The notes: generated from the letters alone by a model not told the origin. 64,000 bases of DNA from an uncultured Gammaproteobacteria bacterium (GCA_964411255.1 CAYPKD010000001.1:71331-135330), one strand, 5' to 3'. Shown: positions 28,450 to 39,298, numbered from the stretch's first letter. Numbers and translations are program-made.

Positions 28450-30804
28450 TTATTTAGCATTTAAAAATTTAATTACAGGTAATACTGAATCAGGATTCAA
28501 TGACATACTATCAATCTTATTTTCAACTAAAAACTTGGCGAAATCAGGAAAGTCTGATGGTGCTTGTCCGCAAATACCAATTTTTTTATTATTTTCTTTG
28601 GCAATTTTAATCACTTCAGCAATCATTTTTAAAACGCCAGCATCTTTTTCATTATAAATATGCTGAACAAACTCAGAATCGCGATCAACTCCCATCACAA
28701 ACTGAGTCAAATCATTAGATCCAATGCTAAAGCCGTCAAAAATCTTGACAAATTCTTCAGCCAGTAAAATATTGTTTGGAATTTCTACCATTACATAAAC
28801 CTCAACTCTCATTTTTTTTAATCCCTGCTCTTTAATTATTTGCAAAACCTTTTTTCCTTCTTCAATTGTGCGGCAAAACGGCACCATCACCTTAATATTG
28901 TTTAAGCCAAATTTTTTAACTGCCTTTTTAATTGCTTTGCATTCTAAAATAAAGGCTGGCTTAAATTTTGGATCATAATATCTGGATGCGCCCCGCCAGC
29001 CAAGCATTGGATTTGATTCCTCTGGCTCATACAATTCTCCACCGATCAGAGATCTGTATTCATTGGTTTTAAAATCTGAAAAGCGGACAATTACTTCTTT
29101 TGGATAAAATGCTGCAGCAATCTGTCCTATCCCTTCGGCAAGCTTATCAATAAAAAATTGTTTTTTGTTTTTATAATGCGGAGTAATTTTTTCAATCTTA
29201 TTTTTCAAACCCTGCGGTAACTTATCAAAATTAATTAAAGCCAATGGATGAATTTTTATATAATCACTAATTATAAACTCTTCACGAGCTAAGCCAACTC
29301 CTTTATTTGAAATAAATGATGAAGCAAATGCAATGTCAGGATTACCAATATTCATCATGATCTGAGTTCTTGGCATTTTCACTTTTTTCAAACTGACTTT
29401 AATTTTTCTAAATGGAAGTAACCCATTATAAACAAATCCTTCAACACCCTGGCTGCAATCAACAGTTACTTTTTTTCCTGTTTCCAAAACTTTTGTTGCC
29501 TTTTTTGTTCCAACCAATGCTGGGATTCCCAGTTCTCTGGAAACAATTGCTGCATGGCATGTTCTGCCTCCACTATCCGTAACAATGGCTGCAGCTTTTT
29601 TCATTGCTGGCTCCCAGGCCGGATCTGTCATCTTTGTAACCAAAACATCGCCCTGCTTTAAATTTTTCAACTGACTAACATTTTTAATTACTTTAACTGG
29701 CCCTTTTCCAATATTATTTCCAATAGCAATTCCATAAACCAAATGCCTAGATGGTTTTGACTTTAATCTGCATTGATATAAACCTTTTTTCGTTTTTGCT
29801 AAATGTACGGTTTCTGGCCTTGCCTGAACAATGTAAAGCTTGTTTTCAATCCCATCCTTTGCCCATTCAATGTCCATTGGCATTTTATATTGCTGTTCAA
29901 TAATTATCCCCCATTTTGTTAATTTCATTATTTCCGTATCGCTCAAAGCCAATTGATTTTTTTCTTTAATAGAGGTTCTCAAATTAACAGTCTTGTCTTT
30001 TTTATAAATCATTTTAAACTGCTTTTGACCAAGCTTCTTTTTTATAATTGATTTAAATCCTTTTTCCTGCGTTTGTTTGAATATAAAATACTCATCTGGA
30101 TCAATTCTGCCCTTAACCACGTTTTCTCCCAGACCAAGTCCAGCATTAATCATTATTAAATCCTTAAATCCACTTTCAGTTTCTAAAGTAAACATTACGC
30201 CAGCGCTGGCCTTGTCGCTTCGAACCATTTTTTGAATTCCTACAGAGACTAAGACTCCAGTCATTGGAAATCCTTTATCTTTTCGATAAGAAATCGCCCG
30301 GTCAGTATATAATGAAGCCATGCATTTTTTAATTTTTTCTAAAAGACTTTCAATTCCCTTAACATTTAAAAAAGATTCCAGCTGACCGGCAAAAGAAGCA
30401 GTTGGCAAATCTTCTGCTGTGGCAGAAGATCGAACTGCCACATCAGTTGCAGTATGTTTATATTGTTTGCTCAGTTTTTGATAAGCAATTTTAATTTCTT
30501 CTTTCATTTTTTCAGAAAATTCTCCTTGTTCAATCAATTCCCTGACAATCATGCCTCGCATTTGAAGATCTTGTACATTTCGTACATCAAGTCCTCTTAA
30601 AACTTTTTTTATTTTATTTGTTAATTTATTATATTTTAAAAATTCCTCATACCCTTTGGCAGTTAAAACAAAACCATTGGGCACAGGAATTCCCGCACTT
30701 TTTAACTTATTAAACATGTCACCAAGCATTGCGTTCTTTCCGCCAACCAAAGCCTGGTGCCGTTTTGTTATTTCATTAAAAAATTTAACGAATTTAGATT
30801 TCAT
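28450..30804 (-). CDS. ppsA: Phosphoenolpyruvate synthase
   Basis: VAVRSSATAED, QARPET, GGRTCHAAI, SIGSNDLTQ, GICGQAPSD. Confidence 0.96.
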   Translation of the reverse strand: MKSKFVKFFNEITKRHQALVGGKNAMLGDMFNKLKSAGIPVPNGFVLTAKGYEEFLKYNKLTNKIKKVLRGLDVRNVQDLQMRGMIVRELIEQGEFSEKMKEEIKIAYQKLSKQYKHTATDVAVRSSATAEDLPTASFAGQLESFLNVKGIESLLEKIKKCMASLYTDRAISYRKDKGFPMTGVLVSVGIQKMVRSDKASAGVMFTLETESGFKDLIMINAGLGLGENVVKGRIDPDEYFIFKQTQEKGFKSIIKKKLGQKQFKMIYKKDKTVNLRTSIKEKNQLALSDTEIMKLTKWGIIIEQQYKMPMDIEWAKDGIENKLYIVQARPETVHLAKTKKGLYQCRLKSKPSRHLVYGIAIGNNIGKGPVKVIKNVSQLKNLKQGDVLVTKMTDPAWEPAMKKAAAIVTDSGGRTCHAAIVSRELGIPALVGTKKATKVLETGKKVTVDCSQGVEGFVYNGLLPFRKIKVSLKKVKMPRTQIMMNIGNPDIAFASSFISNKGVGLAREEFIISDYIKIHPLALINFDKLPQGLKNKIEKITPHYKNKKQFFIDKLAEGIGQIAAAFYPKEVIVRFSDFKTNEYRSLIGGELYEPEESNPMLGWRGASRYYDPKFKPAFILECKAIKKAVKKFGLNNIKVMVPFCRTIEEGKKVLQIIKEQGLKKMRVEVYVMVEIPNNILLAEEFVKIFDGFSIGSNDLTQFVMGVDRDSEFVQHIYNEKDAGVLKMIAEVIKIAKENNKKIGICGQAPSDFPDFAKFLVENKIDSMSLNPDSVLPVIKFLNAK

Positions 30805-30816
30805 ATTTATTTTATT

Positions 30817-31233
30817 TTATCTTTTCGTTAAATGTTTGAATATAAATTTTTCTATAGCTAAAACTGTTTCATCTTTTAATTCTGCCGGACTTTGAGCAAT
30901 CCAAATTGTAAAATTATATAAGTCTTTTTCATCAACTTTAAGCCATTTATTATTTTTATATATGAATAATAGCAGCGTGGTGATTGCAATACGCTTATTA
31001 CCATTTTGAAAGGGATGATCTTTAATCATTAAATAAAAAAGAATCGCTGCCTTTTTTAGCAATCCCTTGTATAAAGTTTTGCCATGAAAAGATTGAAACG
31101 GCGTTATTAGGCAGCTTTCAAGAATATTTGGCCGGCGAGTGGAAAAATCCGGAATCGGTTCGCTAAATCCCAATTTTTCTTTAGCCACAGCAAATGAAAG
31201 ATATTCAACTTCTGCCAATGTAATTATTTTCAT
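30817..31233 (-). CDS. Doc/Fic family toxin
   Basis: HPFQNGNKR Fic/Doc motif. Confidence 0.9.
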   Translation of the reverse strand: MKIITLAEVEYLSFAVAKEKLGFSEPIPDFSTRRPNILESCLITPFQSFHGKTLYKGLLKKAAILFYLMIKDHPFQNGNKRIAITTLLLFIYKNNKWLKVDEKDLYNFTIWIAQSPAELKDETVLAIEKFIFKHLTKR

Positions 31234-31241
31234 ATATTACA

Positions 31242-31514
31242 TTACTCAGCAGATAATAATTTTAATGTTTCTCCGTATTCTTTAACTATTCTTCTCATCG
31301 CCTGATCAATTATTTTCTTTTCTTTTGCTTTTAATTCTGAACCATGAATAACTCCGAGTTCTCTTTTTGGAATAGCATAATTCCGGCCTATTTTAAACGC
31401 TTTAATTTGGCCTTTTTTAATTTTTTTAAATACAGCGACCCGGCTAATCTCTAATAAATCAGCCAATTCGCTAACCGAATAAAAATCGTTGTTTTTTGTA
31501 ATTTTCTTTGGCAT
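31242..31514 (-). CDS. Excisionase-like HTH protein, probable antitoxin
   Basis: YSVSELADLLEISRVAVFKKIKKG..KIGRNYAI; C-terminal EYGETLKLL helix; directly upstream of Doc. Confidence 0.8.
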   Translation of the reverse strand: MPKKITKNNDFYSVSELADLLEISRVAVFKKIKKGQIKAFKIGRNYAIPKRELGVIHGSELKAKEKKIIDQAMRRIVKEYGETLKLLSAE

Positions 31515-31520
31515 ATCTCT

Positions 31521-31557
31521 TGTTAACTTACTAATACAAGGTTAACATATGTTAACT
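31521..31557. promoter_or_regulatory. Putative autoregulatory operator of the TA pair
   Basis: Three GTTAAC palindromes at 31522, 31541 and 31551, just upstream of the start. Confidence 0.55.
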
Positions 31558-31634
31558 TAACCGTCAAAATCGAATCCCCTTAGAAACCCAATTTTTAACC
31601 TTTTCGCCATAAAACAATAACTGTTTTTTTTGAA

Positions 31635-31686
31635 AAAGCCTTCTTTCCCCCTTAAGCCACCTTAAGCCTTCTCAAGCCCTCTTAAA
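31635..31686. repeat. 10-mer tandem array
   Basis: CTTAAGCCAC CTTAAGCCTT CTCAAGCCCT CTTAA; same unit as the arrays flanking 39381-39791. Confidence 0.7.
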
Positions 31687-31757
31687 TAATATTTTACCAT
31701 AATTTCATAAATCATGGAACATGGAACACATAGCATATAACAAAAAAGCACAGAACT

Positions 31758-32126
31758 TTATTCTGCGCTTTGGCAAACTAGACAATGCTCACAATTAGGC
31801 TTGGCTGTCTGATTACATTCATTAAGACACTCAACAAGTTGGTCGAATTCTTTGGACAACTCCTCGCAAACCTCAAGCTGCTGATGCTGTCTTTGAATGT
31901 GTACTGACATCCTATCTATCATGCTGCCTTCATCTATTCTGCCTGGATATAAGGGGGAACCATAGTTTTTTACTTCTTTTGCCATTGCTGATGATGATTC
32001 AATATTATCTCTAGAAAAAACATCAGGTTGTATAAATGGAGCAATGAGCAATATTGCAACAGCACCAACAAAAACTAACATAGAAATCACATATAATGCT
32101 CGAAGTGGACGATTATTATTTTCCAT
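31758..32126 (-). CDS. Small membrane-anchored Cys-rich hypothetical protein
   Basis: AAGGAGG SD, N-terminal TM, C-terminal Cys cluster, TTGACA promoter. Confidence 0.75.
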   Translation of the reverse strand: MENNNRPLRALYVISMLVFVGAVAILLIAPFIQPDVFSRDNIESSSAMAKEVKNYGSPLYPGRIDEGSMIDRMSVHIQRQHQQLEVCEELSKEFDQLVECLNECNQTAKPNCEHCLVCQSAE

Positions 32127-32268
32127 GATGCCCTCCTTTGCTATTATTGAAAGAACACCCTAATTTAGCATTGTAATCCAATCTTGTCAAACGCTTTTAC
32201 TATGGAACACATAACATGTAATGAAAAACATTAAAATTTTATTTTTATTGCTTTATTTAATATTTTTT

Positions 32269-35200
32269 TTATTTTGCACTTTTGACTTCTCTCACCACCA
32301 CACACTTTTCAGTAATATTATACTCATTAAACTCATTTTTCTCATCCAGTTTTACTTTTTTTGCTTCTGAATATTTGTTTTGAAGATAATCTTCTAAATC
32401 TGGCCTATTGGTTAAAGCTCCTGAATCATGAACAGGTACTAATATTTTCTTTATGCCTCGCTTTTTTGCAATTTTTTCCATATAATCCAAAAATTTTTCA
32501 GTAAATTTTTCAGCTGACAAATTGGTAATTACATTTTGCTGAGGGTTAATGCCGCGCATGATCATTACTGGCTCACCTTCAACGGTTGATTCAATTATTA
32601 AGCAGCTACCAGCCAGACGCTGGTCTTTGCCTCTCGGATTTATAACAAATGCGCAGCCAATCATGTTAGGATTATTTTTCATAATATCATCCCTGGAAGT
32701 CCAGCAAGCATCGCCATAATATCCGCTTAATTCTGCCAACACATCTCTGGATGGCACAATCTCAATCTCAACCTTATTTCCTGATTCATGTTTTTGCAGC
32801 CTGGCCATTTCTTCTGACAATGCCCGGACTGATAAATTCCTAATCACTCTTTTTAGTTGCTTTTTATTTAAAGCTAGCCTGCTGCAGGTCTCTTCTTTTA
32901 TAATGTGATTTACAAATTCAATCATTTTTGAATAATTATCCCTGCTCAATTCTGGATTATTTAAAATATCTTGTATTGCTTCAAAAAATACTGGATTTGT
33001 CTGCATGCCTTCATAGATAACCAGCTGCCTAATGGCCGGTGAAGTAAAATTATTTTCTTTTTTTACTTTGTTTCTAATTTCAAAATCAATTAATAAATCT
33101 AAAAGATGTTTTCTGGTCTGTTCTTCTGAGTACAAAACAAAATCCCCATAAATGATTTTTTTTACTTCTACCAACAAGCCTTCAATTCTTACTAAATCAT
33201 AACGTAATTTTTGCACAATTTTTTCTCTTTTGTCTTCAGGCATTTTTTTCTCATGCATTTGCCTGAATTTTTCTTCAAGCCTGTCTCTTTCTTGCAAAAT
33301 ATAATCCTCTGCATAGAAATTTCCATAATCTTCTGCCTTTTTTATATCATCAATCAATTTTTTAAATCTTTGCTCTGAATCTGGAGAAAATTCAAACTCT
33401 TCCTGCCTTTTTAATCTTTCAACAAACATAAAATCTGACTCATATTCCTTTGGCATTGGCTTAATCTCACCAGCCTCTTTATCCCTTTTAATTCCTTCCA
33501 AAATCTCTTTAAAATCTTTTGACCGCTGCCATTCTGAAAATTCAAAATTGCTGGCATTTTTTAATATTTCTACAACCAAAGGATTTGAAATATCAATTCT
33601 TTCATAATCAAATTCTCCATTAAGGCTAAAAGCGGAAATTATTTCATCCATTTTTTTCTCAAATTCTTTTAAGCCTTGCTTTCCAGTATTAGTTACTCCT
33701 AATTTTTTCAATTCTGCTGTTAAAGGCTTTTGATTTAATAATAATTTGTAATTTTCAAAAATAACTGCTGAATCATATCTGCCAAATTGTTTAATATAAT
33801 CTCTAAAAAGCTTAACCTCTTCTTTTTTAACAATATCAATCTTATTATCCTTAATTAATGTTTCAAAAAATTTATTTATTCTACTAAAATTGTAGCCTTT
33901 GGCCAGCTCAGTTAAATCCAGGCCTAAATATGCTCTTATCTGTTTTTCATTCATATGCGCAAAAGCATATTTTAAAAAGCCATCATACTTTTCATTCTTA
34001 TTAATAAAATCAACAATCTGCTTCTTTAATTTATTAATTCTGTTATAACCCATTTGAATATCATCAACTTCTGATAAATAGGCAAATACTCTTTCAGATT
34101 TTTCGGTTTTCTCCTCAATAGATTGATTTATTTTTTTCAATTGATCAAATGCTTCAGTTATGGTTTGTTTGTTTTGCAATGCGAAAACTATTAGAAAAAT
34201 TTTTTCTTGTTGGTCTAGCTGCGTATATGGAAATTTTTTTCTAGTATATTCATAATTATACCAGTGTCTTCCAGATGATTTGTTTTTTTGCTTTTTAATG
34301 AGCTGATCCAATTCTTCCCACAGCTCTTTAGCCTTTGGCAAATCTTTTTCTTTAATATAAATCAATAATTGAAGATAATCAATATTTGATTTGATATATT
34401 CTAAAGCTTTTTTAGGATCAGAACCCAGTAATTTTCCAAAAAGCGCCCATTTTTCTTCTGGCATTTTTTCAAACATTGATTCAAATTGAACCACTCTGCT
34501 TTCTCCTGCATAATCTATCATTGCGTTCCATGCTTTCGAGCCCATTTTCAATCTAGCTCTGTGTATTTTTTTCATAATCTCCTGCTGTTCTTCTTCAGTA
34601 TAATCTATATCAAATGCATAATATGGAAGTGAATGACCTTTAATAACCTGAAGCAAAGACTTTTCGTTTTTCAGCCATGAAAAAGGTTTGATTCCTCTTT
34701 TTATTAAATCCCTAAAATATAACTGCTCTTTTCTTTTATCTTTAATCTGAAAACTATTGTAATTTCTAGCTAAAATATATGGATCCTGCTCCAGTATTTT
34801 ATCGCACAAATATATTTTAAGATTATCATCGAGTTTTATTTCTTTAATATTATAATTGGTAAATATTCTAATATCAGTATCAATTAATCGCTTTAGATAT
34901 TCATTTTTTTTACCTTTGCTTATTGGCAAATCCTTGAAAAAATATAAAATTGTATTTAAATTATCCAAATCCAAATCATCTGGGCCATATTTTTCTATTG
35001 ATATATCAATATATTCCAAAACAGTATTTATTTCATCTTCTGTTTTTGGTTTTGGTCTTAAGTCAAAATGAACTACTACATCTTCACTGTCAGCTTTTCT
35101 TTTTTCAAGCTGTTCTTCAAGAAACAACATTTGAACATCATCATCTGGTTCAAAATCAGCATCATCTGATGGAAATTCTAAATCAAAATTTAAACGAGCA

Positions 35201-36675
35201 GCTAAAAACTTAATATCAGCGTGAAAACTTTCCAAGCCTTTGTCTGCAAAATATTTTTCTGCTTCCTGTTTTTGCCATGTCCAACCATATTTTTCTTTGT
35301 ACTTTTTCAATTTGCTCTCATCATTTTTGATACTGGTGATCAATTGATCAATTTTCTGAACAAAATTTTTAATTGCCTGCTTTTTCACTAATTTAATTAT
35401 CTCTTCTAATTCTGGGAATTGACTAAAGTCCAAACCAGAGATATTATTCAACAGTTCAGCATCACTTAATTTTTGCTTTTCTATTGCTGTTAGCAAATTT
35501 TCTTCAAACTCCTGTCTTTGCTTTTTGGATATTACAATGCCTGCGCTTGCCTGCTCATATGCAGCAATAAAATCAAACGGATCTTTTTTAGATACTTTTT
35601 CTAAAAATTCAATTCTATCATTTTGCTTTAAGCCCAACTCTTCAGAATAAACCAAAGTTTCTCTGGGCAGCTTTTCAAATAATTTGCCCAGAATTTCTTT
35701 TCTGTTTGAAAAATCTTTAAATTCTATACTTTGACTTTGCATTACCATTACTAAAGGATCTTTTTGGGCAATCTCAAGCATTAATTTTTCTGCCTGCTTA
35801 TCTTCCAAATTAAATTCATCAAAATGATTAAGCACATAATCAGCTCCAACTATGTCTATCATCTTTTTCATTTTTTTAAGTTTTTCAGCCCTTGGTGTCT
35901 GATCTACCTTTTGCATTATTTGCCGCTTTATTCCGCTCTTCCCTTTTATTAATGCACCGCTTTGTAAAAAATCTGCTATTTTTTCATCCTTTTTCAAAAA
36001 AGGAATGGTTTGCTCAAAAAAATATTTCAATACTTTTGTTTTCTCAATATTATAATACGTTCGTTCTCCTAAGCCGTTTCTTATCTCTATAGCCCTATCT
36101 TTGGGAAGATAATATGTATCGTTGTTAAGATATTCAAAAATACGTTTAATCTGATTAGCTGCTAATATACGACCATTACGATTAGAAATATTTAATCTGT
36201 TTTCTCTATAAATATGATCATAATACCTTGCCTCAATATCCTTTAATTGCTCTCTTGCTTGTTCAGTCATATCAATTCTATCAATATATTTTCTAAAAAA
36301 TGTAATTGCTTCTGTTGAGCTAAAATCTATAGAATGCCTGATCGTTTCAAACAGCTTTTCTTTGTTTCTATCATCCAAAAATGCTTCTCTTGAGTATGCC
36401 AGGGCATTTATTACTCTTTCGATTTCTTTTTCTAGCCTATCATATTCTACTTCATTATCTGCTTTACTTTTTACAGTAAATTTTTCAGGCATTTTTTTTG
36501 GATCATAATAATCTGCAAAATCCTCAATCTGGTCAAAAATTTTCAAATCCTCTATTAACTGATCAAAATCATGCTCTTTTTTTTCTAAAGGCTTTTGTTC
36601 CCTCACTTTAGGTTTTTTAGGAGGTTTTTCAGCTGGCAATCCACCGCCAAAAACTTGTAATACTCTGTCTACCAT
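32269..36675 (-). CDS. Large helical hypothetical protein (1468 aa), possible C-terminal GNAT-like domain
   Basis: Long ORF, K/E-rich helical body, alpha/beta C-terminus (GDACWTS..MRGINP..IAKKRGIKKILV). Confidence 0.85.
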   Translation of the reverse strand: MVDRVLQVFGGGLPAEKPPKKPKVREQKPLEKKEHDFDQLIEDLKIFDQIEDFADYYDPKKMPEKFTVKSKADNEVEYDRLEKEIERVINALAYSREAFLDDRNKEKLFETIRHSIDFSSTEAITFFRKYIDRIDMTEQAREQLKDIEARYYDHIYRENRLNISNRNGRILAANQIKRIFEYLNNDTYYLPKDRAIEIRNGLGERTYYNIEKTKVLKYFFEQTIPFLKKDEKIADFLQSGALIKGKSGIKRQIMQKVDQTPRAEKLKKMKKMIDIVGADYVLNHFDEFNLEDKQAEKLMLEIAQKDPLVMVMQSQSIEFKDFSNRKEILGKLFEKLPRETLVYSEELGLKQNDRIEFLEKVSKKDPFDFIAAYEQASAGIVISKKQRQEFEENLLTAIEKQKLSDAELLNNISGLDFSQFPELEEIIKLVKKQAIKNFVQKIDQLITSIKNDESKLKKYKEKYGWTWQKQEAEKYFADKGLESFHADIKFLAARLNFDLEFPSDDADFEPDDDVQMLFLEEQLEKRKADSEDVVVHFDLRPKPKTEDEINTVLEYIDISIEKYGPDDLDLDNLNTILYFFKDLPISKGKKNEYLKRLIDTDIRIFTNYNIKEIKLDDNLKIYLCDKILEQDPYILARNYNSFQIKDKRKEQLYFRDLIKRGIKPFSWLKNEKSLLQVIKGHSLPYYAFDIDYTEEEQQEIMKKIHRARLKMGSKAWNAMIDYAGESRVVQFESMFEKMPEEKWALFGKLLGSDPKKALEYIKSNIDYLQLLIYIKEKDLPKAKELWEELDQLIKKQKNKSSGRHWYNYEYTRKKFPYTQLDQQEKIFLIVFALQNKQTITEAFDQLKKINQSIEEKTEKSERVFAYLSEVDDIQMGYNRINKLKKQIVDFINKNEKYDGFLKYAFAHMNEKQIRAYLGLDLTELAKGYNFSRINKFFETLIKDNKIDIVKKEEVKLFRDYIKQFGRYDSAVIFENYKLLLNQKPLTAELKKLGVTNTGKQGLKEFEKKMDEIISAFSLNGEFDYERIDISNPLVVEILKNASNFEFSEWQRSKDFKEILEGIKRDKEAGEIKPMPKEYESDFMFVERLKRQEEFEFSPDSEQRFKKLIDDIKKAEDYGNFYAEDYILQERDRLEEKFRQMHEKKMPEDKREKIVQKLRYDLVRIEGLLVEVKKIIYGDFVLYSEEQTRKHLLDLLIDFEIRNKVKKENNFTSPAIRQLVIYEGMQTNPVFFEAIQDILNNPELSRDNYSKMIEFVNHIIKEETCSRLALNKKQLKRVIRNLSVRALSEEMARLQKHESGNKVEIEIVPSRDVLAELSGYYGDACWTSRDDIMKNNPNMIGCAFVINPRGKDQRLAGSCLIIESTVEGEPVMIMRGINPQQNVITNLSAEKFTEKFLDYMEKIAKKRGIKKILVPVHDSGALTNRPDLEDYLQNKYSEAKKVKLDEKNEFNEYNITEKCVVVREVKSAK

Positions 36676-36755
36676 ATTTTGTAAAATTCACTGCTATTTT
36701 AGCATTTTTTTGGTAAAAAATAAAATTTACCATAAACAAAACACCATTCATCTAT

Positions 36756-36925
36756 AGCATCGGGGGTCTGGGGGGCTGATTGCCCCCGGCGCGAAAAATA
36801 AACTTAATCACTGCTTCGCATTTGAAGCCCCCCAGTGCTTTTTGCCTACTTTTTGGCAGCAAAAAGTAGGTCGGCGCAAGCCGAAATTGGTGAGAATAAA
36901 ATCAGGCCCTCAGGCCTGTATTGTA
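36756..36925. repeat. Structured intergenic repeat, copy 2
   Basis: Colinear with 6784-6975. Confidence 0.8.
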
Positions 36926-36952
36926 AAAAATTACATTAGCAAACAAATTTGA

Positions 36953-37417
36953 TTATAACTTTTCTATTTTTCCCACTGGCATCCGATCATGGCCAGTTAA
37001 TTTTGTATAAAAACCTGAAGACGGCTCAGTTAAAATATAAACTCGCTTTTTTCCATCTTGCTCAACCAATACTGCGTCAATCCCTTTTGGAGTAGCAAAC
37101 CATTTTTTCTTTTCAAAACCCTTCGTAGCTGGCACATGAACTTTTTTTGGTTTAAGCCAATTCCATCGGCCAGCAGCCAAACTTTCTGATCGACACCATC
37201 CAGTATGAGGCATTTTTATTTTTTTATCATCTCTGTTTCCCCATTCATATAAATTTACCTCTCCGTTTTCTTCAATAGGTACGCACGGCTTTTTTTGCCA
37301 AAAGAAAAACGAAATCTCATCGCCTTTTTTGTATTTTTCAAGCTCAGCATCAGTAAAACATTTTTTCACCTGAGCTTTTTTTAATTTTTCATAATAAATT
37401 GCAAATCCTGCGCACAT
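36953..37417 (-). CDS. Compact SRAP/HMCES-like protein
   Basis: Cys2 (MCAGF), WG, RSES, GFE, ILT and HDRMP motifs. Confidence 0.75.
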   Translation of the reverse strand: MCAGFAIYYEKLKKAQVKKCFTDAELEKYKKGDEISFFFWQKKPCVPIEENGEVNLYEWGNRDDKKIKMPHTGWCRSESLAAGRWNWLKPKKVHVPATKGFEKKKWFATPKGIDAVLVEQDGKKRVYILTEPSSGFYTKLTGHDRMPVGKIEKL

Positions 37418-37442
37418 AATAATTAGAAATTAGAAATTGGGA

Positions 37443-38882
37443 TTAACCAACCTCCTTAATCTCAACAAAGTTAACATTACCACTGCTGCCCACTGGCTCA
37501 CCAGCTACTAAAATCATTTTTTCTCCAGGCTTTATGAATTTTTCTCTTTTCAAATATGAAAGCGATCTTTCAATCAACTCTTCAACACTTTTACAGGTCG
37601 GAATAACAAACGGGATTGAACCCCAGGTTAAAATCAATTGCCTTTGTACTCTGTCATTATCGCAAGAGATTAAAATTGGCAACTCTGGCCTATACCTAGA
37701 AACCATCCGGCCAGTATAACCAGATAAAGAAGCGACCAAGATCACTTTAGCATCAACATGCTCTACCAGCATTCTAGCCACTCGGGCGATTGCCTTGTCA
37801 GTAGTTTCTAATTCCTTAACTTTTGTTTTCAAAACCAAATCATCATAAGTTGACTCCTCAGTCTTTTCAACAATTTTAGCCATGGTTTCAACTGTTTTAA
37901 TAGGGTATTTACCAGTCGCTGTTTCTCCTGATAACATCACCGCATCTGCATGGTCAATGACAGCATTAGCTACATCACTTACCTCAGCTCTGGTTGGCCG
38001 AGGATTTCTGATCATTGAATCTAGCATTTGGGTGGCCACAATTACCGGTTTGGCTGCTACTAATCCTTTATCAATCATTTCCTTTTGTCTTAACGGAACT
38101 TCCTCAGCTGGCAGCTCCACTCCCAAATCGCCTCTGGCCACCATTACTGCGTCTGTTGCATCTAAAATTTCCGGAAAATTTTTAATCGCTTCTTGCCTTT
38201 CAATTTTTACAATTATCTTAATTGGCTCTTGATCTTTTAATTTCAGTTGCTTTTCATAATCTTTTATTAAATAACGCAAATCATGAACATCTTTAGCAGA
38301 ACTAACAAATGATAAAGCTACAAAATCTACATTATTTTTTATTCCAAAAAATAAATCTTTTTTATCTTTTTCAGTTAAGGCTGAAATGCTTAAAGAAACA
38401 CCTGGCAAATTTATACCTTTATCTGAAAAAAGCTTGCCCCCGTTTAAAACTTTGCAATGAATGTCCTGGCCTTCAACTTTTTTTACTACAAAATCGAGCA
38501 AACCATCCACCAGCATGATGTGATCTCCGATTTTTACATCTTCATGTAAAAGGGAATAATCAATTGGAATTATCTTACTGGTGCCTTGTTTAACCTTTTT
38601 AGTAGTGACAATAACATTGCTGCCAGTTTTAACATCAGAGCCACGCTTAGGCATATTACCCACTCTTATTTTCGGCCCTTGCAAATCCTGAATGATACCA
38701 ATAGTCTTTTGTTCTGACTTAGCTACCTTTCTGATGTTACTAATCATTTTTTTATGATATGCATGAGTGCCATGAGAAAAATTAAGCCTGGCCAGGTTCA
38801 TTCCTGAATTGACCATTTTTTTTATTGTTTCAATTCTTTCTGTTGCCGGACCTAAAGTACAAATTATCTTTGTCCTTCTCAT
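37443..38882 (-). CDS. pyk: Pyruvate kinase
   Basis: TKIICTLGP, RLNFSHG, DLQGPKIR, MVARGDLGVE, MLSGETA. Confidence 0.98.
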   Translation of the reverse strand: MRRTKIICTLGPATERIETIKKMVNSGMNLARLNFSHGTHAYHKKMISNIRKVAKSEQKTIGIIQDLQGPKIRVGNMPKRGSDVKTGSNVIVTTKKVKQGTSKIIPIDYSLLHEDVKIGDHIMLVDGLLDFVVKKVEGQDIHCKVLNGGKLFSDKGINLPGVSLSISALTEKDKKDLFFGIKNNVDFVALSFVSSAKDVHDLRYLIKDYEKQLKLKDQEPIKIIVKIERQEAIKNFPEILDATDAVMVARGDLGVELPAEEVPLRQKEMIDKGLVAAKPVIVATQMLDSMIRNPRPTRAEVSDVANAVIDHADAVMLSGETATGKYPIKTVETMAKIVEKTEESTYDDLVLKTKVKELETTDKAIARVARMLVEHVDAKVILVASLSGYTGRMVSRYRPELPILISCDNDRVQRQLILTWGSIPFVIPTCKSVEELIERSLSYLKREKFIKPGEKMILVAGEPVGSSGNVNFVEIKEVG

Positions 38883-38957
38883 AGATATGAAGTTTATAGT
38901 TATAAGCTGAAAGATTAAAGTTGAGTTATTTGTTAACTGTCAACTTACAATTTCCAA

Positions 38958-39290
38958 CTATAAGTTGAAATGCTTAGTATACTGTCCTAAAAAAGGCATT
39001 TCCCAAAATTCTCCCTGCAAAGCTTTTATAATACCAACAATACAATAAATGAACAAAACTATTGCGCCTAAAAAGGCAATCAGCCATCCTAAAAATGGTA
39101 CAATGCTGACCGCAGCAATAATTAACCATGCAATGAATAGTATTAGTCCGTTTTTTGCATGATGCACACAGAATTTACTTTTTGGCTTGGCTAATAATGG
39201 GATTAAAAATAAAATTCCCAGATAGCTTAAAAAAGCTATAGCTTTGTTTTCTTCAATGTCTTTTTGGTTTTGAGGTGTTTGTGTTTCCAT
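38958..39290 (-). CDS. DUF4870-like small membrane protein
   Basis: AFLSYLGILFLIP..HAKNGL..IIKALQGE..MPFLG. Confidence 0.85.
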   Translation of the reverse strand: METQTPQNQKDIEENKAIAFLSYLGILFLIPLLAKPKSKFCVHHAKNGLILFIAWLIIAAVSIVPFLGWLIAFLGAIVLFIYCIVGIIKALQGEFWEMPFLGQYTKHFNL

Positions 39291-39298
39291 ATTTTTTA

